A stretch of DNA of 64,000 bases from Bdellovibrionota bacterium (lineage in GTDB: Bacteria > Bdellovibrionota_C > UBA2361 > JBGSMV01), in NCBI GenBank assembly GCA_041739995.1, contig JBGSMV010000042.1:32001-96000 (forward strand), given 5' to 3'. Of this stretch, positions 58,197 through 64,000 are shown in pieces (position 1 is the stretch's first letter; each line of letters opens with the position of its first letter). The position numbers were made by a program, and so were the translations under genes. The notes under the pieces are model-generated. The model saw only the letters and a program-made list of their open reading frames with translations. It made no database searches and was not told the DNA's origin.

Positions 58197-58649
58197 TCAG
58201 TCTTTCCCTGCCCATAACGTGCCTTGAGCGTGGTGGCTTCTCCAAGCTGCTTCAGACCAGACTTCAACGAAGCTCCTCGCACCGGTAATCAGCAGATTCT
58301 TGTTGGGTTCGAATCCGAGGCGTCTTCGCAGCTCTGAGGGAACAGCGACTCTTCCAGCGGTGTCTAGGCCCTCTACGACAAATGCTGCAGAAAACAGATG
58401 TTGAGCGTTGAGCTGGTTTGTAGAATTTTCACGAGCGGCATTGAGAGTCTCCTTTTCGAGGACTCTAAATAACGGAAGCGGAAGTACCCTTAATGTTCCC
58501 TCGTCGCCTGGCAAAAGTACGAAGGAGTTGGGGAAGGCTCCTCTAAAATGAGCAGGCATACAGAAGCGAAATTTCTTATCGAAGAGCACGGTCGCCTCTC
58601 CAAGTAGTGGCAGCTCAGAGGAGGGCCGCGGGGGAAGGGAAAGATTCAT
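58197..58649 (-). CDS. mraZ: MraZ-like (AbrB-fold) regulator, outside a dcw cluster
   Basis: Twin motifs 'DKKFRFCMPAHFR' and 'LDTAGRVAVPSELR', 'G....VEVW'. Confidence 0.75.
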   Translation of the reverse strand: MNLSLPPRPSSELPLLGEATVLFDKKFRFCMPAHFRGAFPNSFVLLPGDEGTLRVLPLPLFRVLEKETLNAARENSTNQLNAQHLFSAAFVVEGLDTAGRVAVPSELRRRLGFEPNKNLLITGARSFVEVWSEAAWRSHHAQGTLWAGKD

Positions 58650-58922
58650 GAGGTCGAGACGGCCTTGGCAGAGAGGAAGCGGGGAGCGCGGGGAAGGCGT
58701 TCTCTAAATTAGAATGGGATGGTGAAGGTGACACCGAGGCAGTATGAGGATGCTCGCTCACCTAATCAAACCGTCGAGACGTTGCGGTGAGTTCGCTTCA
58801 GAAGGTAATTGGGCCATTTAATTCAATATTTTTCGCTTCCTGAGCCTCTCTCCGGGGATCTCGCCCTTGATTTCTTGGCTGAAGGTACGAAGATAGGAAA
58901 AATTAATTCTATTGAGGAACGC

Positions 58923-60965
58923 ATGGTGATTCAGAGCTTTTCCGAAGGGCAGTGGGTTAACGGTAAGGGTAGCGGCAAAGAGGTCTACCACGCAGTGACT
59001 GGAGAACCAGTCGGCCAAGTTTCGAGCGAAGGCTTAAATTTTAATGGCATGTTGGAGTACGGGCGTACGGTCGGCGGACCGAACCTTCGCGCACTTACTT
59101 TTCATGAGCGAGCCTTAAGACTAAAGGCGCTCGCCAAATACCTCACCGATCGTAAGGATGAGTTTTACAAAGTTTCCTCGGCTACTGGTGCTACCAAACT
59201 TGATTCCTGGATTGATATTGAAGGTGGTATCGGGACTTTCTACGTCTATGCCAGTAAGGGCAGGCGAGAACTTCCCAATGAGACGTTTCTTGCAGAAGGG
59301 GATGTCGAGCAAATCTCAAAGGGTGGAACGTTTCTGGGTAGGCATATCTGTGTGCCGCTGGAAGGTGTGGCACTTCATATTAATGCCTTTAACTTTCCTT
59401 GTTGGGGAATGCTTGAGAAGCTCGCCCCTACATTCCTTGCCGGCATGCCTTCAATTGTTAAACCGGCGTCAATTACTTGTTACCTGACGGAGTGCATGGT
59501 GAAAGCCATGCTTGAATCAAAGATCCTCCCTGAGGGAGCGCTGCAGCTTATTTGCGGAAGTGCGGGCGACATTTTTGATCATCTTACTTGTCAGGATGTG
59601 GTGACCTTTACTGGTTCGGCCACCACGGGCAGATCGCTCAAAGAGCACCCTAAGGTGGTCGGAGAGTCGATTCGCTTTAATATGGAAGCCGACTCGCTTA
59701 ACTGTTCAATCTTGGGGCCTGATTGTGGACCTGGCACTGAGGAGTTTAATCTTTTCATCAAGGAAGTTGCGCGCGAGATGACGGTAAAGGCCGGGCAGAA
59801 ATGCACTGCAATTCGCCGCACCATTGTTCCTGACAGCATGGTGCAAGATGTTCTATCTGCCCTCACGAAACGTTTGCAGGGCATAAAGCTTGGTGACCCC
59901 GCAGTCGAGGGCGTCCAGATGGGGCCACTGGCTGCGCGTTCGCAGGTGAGTGAAGTGACGGAGCGTATCGGGCAGCTATCTAAAGCTGCAAAGGTCGTCT
60001 ACGGGGATCCAAAGAACTTTGAAGTGCACGGAGCGGATCGGAGCAAGGGAGCTTTTTGTCCTCCGGTACTATTGCACTGTGAAAAGCCACTCGCGATGAG
60101 TGAGCCACATGACATCGAAGCCTTTGGACCAGTGAATACGGTCATGCCGTATAAGGGAATTGATGAAGCGATCGAGCTTGCTCGACGGGGCAAGGGAAGT
60201 TTGGTGGGCTCGCTCTTTACCGGGGATAACCAAATAGCTCGTCAAGTGGTGCATGGGCTCGCCCCCTATCACGGACGAATCGTAGTGCTCAGTCGAGAGA
60301 GCGCCAAAGAGTCAACCGGACACGGCTCTCCGCTACCGCACCTTGTGCATGGAGGACCAGGGCGTGCTGGCGGTGGTGAAGAAATGGGTGGCATGCGTAG
60401 CGTGTTGCACTATATGCAGCGCACCGCAGTGCAGGGCGCACCGGCAGCGCTGACCGCTATTTCTGGCGAGTGGGTAAAAGGTACTGCGCCGATTACTGAC
60501 CGTGTTCATCCGTTTCGAAAGTTTTTTGAAGAGCTGCAAATTGGCGAGTCATTGTTGACGCATCGGCGCACGGTGACGGAAGCAGATATCGTAAACTTTG
60601 CAGCCATTAGCGGTGATCATTTCTATGCGCATGTCGACGAGATTGGTGCGAAGGAATCTATCTTTGGTCGACGCGTCGCACATGGATACTTCGTGTTGTC
60701 GGCAGCGGCGGGATTATTTGTAGATCCCGGCCCAGGACCAGTACTTGCTAATTACGGACTAGAGCGATTGCGTTTTATTAAGCCGGTGTACGCGGGCGAT
60801 ACCATTCAAGTGCGCATTACCGTGAAGCAAAAGATTTCTAAAGAAACTCCTGAAGGTGCGATACCGCAAGGGGTGGTTGCTTGGGATGTTGAAGTGATGA
60901 ACCAGGAGAATGAAGGCGTGGCGGTATACACGATTCTTACACTGGTAAGGCGCAAAGCAGCGTAG
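58923..60965 (+). CDS. paaZ: Bifunctional oxepin-CoA hydrolase / aldehyde dehydrogenase
   Basis: '[12 protein letters not shown]', '[14 protein letters not shown]', '[11 protein letters not shown]', '[21 protein letters not shown]', C-terminal MaoC domain; likely start 58923. Confidence 0.96.
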   Translation: MVIQSFSEGQWVNGKGSGKEVYHAVTGEPVGQVSSEGLNFNGMLEYGRTVGGPNLRALTFHERALRLKALAKYLTDRKDEFYKVSSATGATKLDSWIDIEGGIGTFYVYASKGRRELPNETFLAEGDVEQISKGGTFLGRHICVPLEGVALHINAFNFPCWGMLEKLAPTFLAGMPSIVKPASITCYLTECMVKAMLESKILPEGALQLICGSAGDIFDHLTCQDVVTFTGSATTGRSLKEHPKVVGESIRFNMEADSLNCSILGPDCGPGTEEFNLFIKEVAREMTVKAGQKCTAIRRTIVPDSMVQDVLSALTKRLQGIKLGDPAVEGVQMGPLAARSQVSEVTERIGQLSKAAKVVYGDPKNFEVHGADRSKGAFCPPVLLHCEKPLAMSEPHDIEAFGPVNTVMPYKGIDEAIELARRGKGSLVGSLFTGDNQIARQVVHGLAPYHGRIVVLSRESAKESTGHGSPLPHLVHGGPGRAGGGEEMGGMRSVLHYMQRTAVQGAPAALTAISGEWVKGTAPITDRVHPFRKFFEELQIGESLLTHRRTVTEADIVNFAAISGDHFYAHVDEIGAKESIFGRRVAHGYFVLSAAAGLFVDPGPGPVLANYGLERLRFIKPVYAGDTIQVRITVKQKISKETPEGAIPQGVVAWDVEVMNQENEGVAVYTILTLVRRKAA

Positions 60966-61236
60966 AGCCATACGAAGGGAACCGTGCCCTAGTCGAGGGC
61001 TTTAGAGCTTTGTAGCAGAGGTGCCTTCTTACCCCAACAAGTGAATGCAAAGAGGCCAAACAGTGACTTCGCTGACTCGGTGTGGCACAGCCTCGCCGGT
61101 GTATGGGACGCGTCGACAGGATGCAGGAATCGATAGCTCTGGGGGGTGTGAGGGGTTTTGAGCCTTTAAGGCTAACTCTAAGGGTAAAGATTGAGTCCCC
61201 TTGCAGGGAAGTGCATCTAAAACGCATAATCAACCT

Positions 61237-62061
61237 ATGCCGACCAACGCTGACCCTCGCCAAATGTACGGTAACTGCCTGAAGCTCCTGCTTCAACCCA
61301 TCGCCCGTTTGGCGTTGCGCAAAGGTATTACCTTCAAGGATTGCAGCCATTTTCTTAAGCAGGTCTTTGTGTTCGAAGCGGCACGGCAACTCGAGGATCA
61401 AGGGAAGAAGATTAATGTGAGCCGAATCTCGGTAATGAGCGGCATCATGCGAAATGAAGTCAATCGAATCTACTCGCTTGGAGAGACCTCACGAGGCGTA
61501 GAGGTCAGCATCCCAACTCGAGTCATAGAGTTGTGGGAAAGTGATGCTCGTTACAAACGGAACGGTAGGCTAAAGACACTGACCATAGCAGAATTCCAAA
61601 CACTGGTGAGCCAAGTGAGTAAGCATGTAAATCATGGCACGGTGCTGTTTGAGCTTGTAAGGTTGGGGAACATTATTCGTAAGGGGGACTCCCTTCGTTT
61701 GAAGCGAAAGGTTCATAAACTTGCAGCCGAGCCCGAAGAAGCCTTTGCGCTTGCGGCAAAGGATGTCGATACCTTGATCGAGTGTGTCGAAGAGAATTTG
61801 GACCCCATGGTGTCTCTTGGAAATTTACATATTCGCACCGAGTATGATCACATCTCAGAAAAGTCCCTACGCGTAATTCGCAAATGGTTCATTAGTCAGG
61901 GGAGGGCGCTGCATAAGCGTGCTCGAAAGTTCCTTTCCGCACATGACTTGGATCTTAGTCCTGAGCTTGTGGCAGGGCATCGTGGAGGAAATAAGGCAGT
62001 GATTTCAATGGTTACGCTTACCAGTCCACTCTCTCAGGAGAAGACTCTCCCTCACGATTAG
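61237..62061 (+). CDS. DUF6502-like protein
   Basis: 'LL.PIARL.LR.GI.F......K..FV..A.......N.SRISVMSG..R.EV' family pattern recalled from memory. Confidence 0.7.
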   Translation: MPTNADPRQMYGNCLKLLLQPIARLALRKGITFKDCSHFLKQVFVFEAARQLEDQGKKINVSRISVMSGIMRNEVNRIYSLGETSRGVEVSIPTRVIELWESDARYKRNGRLKTLTIAEFQTLVSQVSKHVNHGTVLFELVRLGNIIRKGDSLRLKRKVHKLAAEPEEAFALAAKDVDTLIECVEENLDPMVSLGNLHIRTEYDHISEKSLRVIRKWFISQGRALHKRARKFLSAHDLDLSPELVAGHRGGNKAVISMVTLTSPLSQEKTLPHD

Positions 62062-62156
62062 ATCGATTAACGGAAGTATTCTTCGCCCTGCACCAGATAT
62101 GAGGGAGTTCCTTTGCAGGGTCTCTCTAAATGTGTGGTGGGTATTAGGTGGGACGA

Positions 62157-62429
62157 ATGAGAACTACTTCTCGAAAATCTTCAGATATCGGCGCGAGCAT
62201 CGTAGAATTTGCACTCGCCTTGGCCTTGATTGCTGGAACCACTCTGACCGCCGGGGGGCTCATTAGTACCTCAATTCGTAGTCAATTCGAGAATTCTGTT
62301 GTTGCACTGAATGAGCTCGGTGGCGGTTCGCATACCACTACCGGGGGCCTTGATAACGAATGTGAGGATGGGGAGATTTTTGTGGGGATGAGCCCCGGCG
62401 GAAAGCCTATCTGCGTTAAAGAGCCATAG
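62157..62429 (+). CDS. Flp/Tad-type pilin-like protein
   Basis: Short basic leader then 'G|ASIVEFALALALIA'; C-terminal Cys pair. Confidence 0.7.
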   Translation: MRTTSRKSSDIGASIVEFALALALIAGTTLTAGGLISTSIRSQFENSVVALNELGGGSHTTTGGLDNECEDGEIFVGMSPGGKPICVKEP

Positions 62430-62779
62430 TCCGAGCGTTTTATTGAAAACAAGCGAGGTCTAGCGTTGAGTCTCTAGTCGGTCGGATTTCAGAGAAACAC
62501 GTCGGAAGTCGGGCGGGCTCTGCCAGAACGATCTATTTGTCTATCAAAACCTTTCGGCAATAGGACAAGGGACGATGCCGTTTCGTTTCGTCTTAACTAC
62601 CTCTTCTGCGGTTTAATCCGTACCCTTTATTTCAATCGAAATGGGCTTGGGGAGCGCTGTCACGGTTTGCAGCGCGTGCGAGCTGTGTACTACGCTGGCG
62701 TAAGTCAGGCACCTCACGCTCACTTACAAAATAGTGCATACTGTAATCCAATTATCCACTACTCTCTGAGCATATTCAT

Positions 62780-63274
62780 ATGGGGAACTTGGAATCTTGG
62801 GAGCTTGCTAGTTACGTCGTGACCGTCTTCGGTCTGCCGTTCGCTATTTTCCTCTTCTTTTGGGACCACCGCAAAGAGCGACAGACGGAAGAAGAAGAGA
62901 TGTATTTAAAACTCTCCGACGAGTACGCGAATTTTTCTAGATTGCTTCTCAATAATGCGGATCTGTATCTGACCGCGGATTCAGAGCCTCCCACACCGCT
63001 TGGGCCCGAGCAGCTTGAGCGCAAGAAGATCATCTTCGAAATTTTAATTTCGCTCTTTGAGCGCGCCTTTATCTTGGTTTACGAAGAGAGCATGTCGAAA
63101 CAAACGGCCAGATTATGGGCCAGTTGGGAGGATTACATCAGGTTTTGGTGTAGGCGCGATGATTTCCGAGCAGCACTTCCGGAGTTGCTCGATGGAGAAG
63201 ATGAAGATTTTCGAATGTACGTGAGAAACATCGCTAATCTGCCCCCTCTCCCCAATCATCAGAGTCAGATATGA
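62780..63274 (+). CDS. Hypothetical membrane-anchored helical protein
   Basis: N-terminal TM, 'LISLFERAF', 'W.SWEDYI..W'. Confidence 0.75.
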   Translation: MGNLESWELASYVVTVFGLPFAIFLFFWDHRKERQTEEEEMYLKLSDEYANFSRLLLNNADLYLTADSEPPTPLGPEQLERKKIIFEILISLFERAFILVYEESMSKQTARLWASWEDYIRFWCRRDDFRAALPELLDGEDEDFRMYVRNIANLPPLPNHQSQI

Positions 63275-63286
63275 TTTTTGGGAGCG

Positions 63287-63913
63287 CTAATTGACTCTCG
63301 TAGTCTTGTCCCCTGCATCAGTCTGCTCGCAACGATAGCTAGTGCCTATACAGGTGTCGCAAGAGTAGTTTAATGCCTCTGCCTCAACTGTGCAGGTACC
63401 GCGTCCTTCGCTTTCGCAGTACTGCTTGCAGGCCGCTTCGATTGAACTATGGAGCTGTGAACTACAGAAGCTCTCGGTGGATTCACAGAGCGCATCAATG
63501 TCGTTTGGAACACATCGATTAAGGCCGCATTGTTGTTCTCCCTCATATTTTTGAGGGAGCCCTTCAGAGCATTGGAATACGAGTGTCATTTTACAGTTCA
63601 TGACCGCGTGGGTGTAGGCGGAGCACTCAGGATCGTCGCATGGGCCCACTTTGCCTTGAGCTAGGCTTGAGACGCAACTCTTACTCATCTCAGCTGGCTT
63701 TTCATCCTTGTTGGCGACGAACTTTGCAGTATCGTTGCACCCTTTGAAGTCAGTGAAAGACATCGTGATTGGAGCAAAGTACCCGCTGACCGTTTTACCT
63801 TCGGAACCGCCACCTGGTGTATCGAGGCAGTTCCCCCGAGTTGCGAGGATGACGTTCAAGAGAACCAATGCGCAGGCAGATGCAATAAAGACTCGAATGT
63901 TGTTGAATTTCAT
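63287..63913 (-). CDS. Secreted cysteine-rich protein
   Basis: Signal peptide from ATG 63913 (GGAGG RBS); 18 Cys in about 208 aa. Confidence 0.7.
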   Translation of the reverse strand: MKFNNIRVFIASACALVLLNVILATRGNCLDTPGGGSEGKTVSGYFAPITMSFTDFKGCNDTAKFVANKDEKPAEMSKSCVSSLAQGKVGPCDDPECSAYTHAVMNCKMTLVFQCSEGLPQKYEGEQQCGLNRCVPNDIDALCESTESFCSSQLHSSIEAACKQYCESEGRGTCTVEAEALNYSCDTCIGTSYRCEQTDAGDKTTRVN

Positions 63914-64000
63914 ACTGGCCTCCGGTTCATTGTACGAATTGTAACGACACCTCAATGCCGTTTTTTAAGCCACTTGTTGTTCGTGTGTCCTGCATGACTA

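Overview
64 kb of bacterial chromosome. Gene content suggests a deltaproteobacteria-like lineage (inference only). From left to right: type IV pilus genes pilN-pilO-pilQ with no pilP between them, two lipoproteins, a TPR protein, accB-accC, a DUF1573 protein and a membrane J-domain protein. Next come ffs(SRP RNA)-dnaX-ybaB-recR and tRNA-Asn, followed by a hairpin-rich 210-bp tandem repeat built from tRNA pieces. Then three Tad-type pseudopilin genes, transport and redox genes, and a GxxExxY pseudogene flanked by inverted repeats. An unusual arginine cluster follows (archaeal-style ACT regulator, DUF1611-like P-loop protein, argC, acyl-ornithine transcarbamylase, argB, divergent argG, and argH further on), with an RND pump and typA. 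A Ser/Thr kinase and a fused-E1 plus E2 2-oxoacid dehydrogenase sit divergent from phenylacetyl-CoA catabolic genes (paaGHIJY ... paaZ). The paa genes are interrupted by about 6.5 kb carrying a flagellin with a beta-propeller-like central domain, an inverted flagellin C-terminal remnant, a nucleotidyltransferase/RHH pair and an orphan MraZ. No CRISPR array, rRNA, integrase or transposase was seen. The best candidates for new biology are the non-canonical arginine module with its own regulator and operator, the beta-propeller flagellin locus, and the tRNA-linked structured repeat. All calls come from reading motifs by eye; no database search was run.
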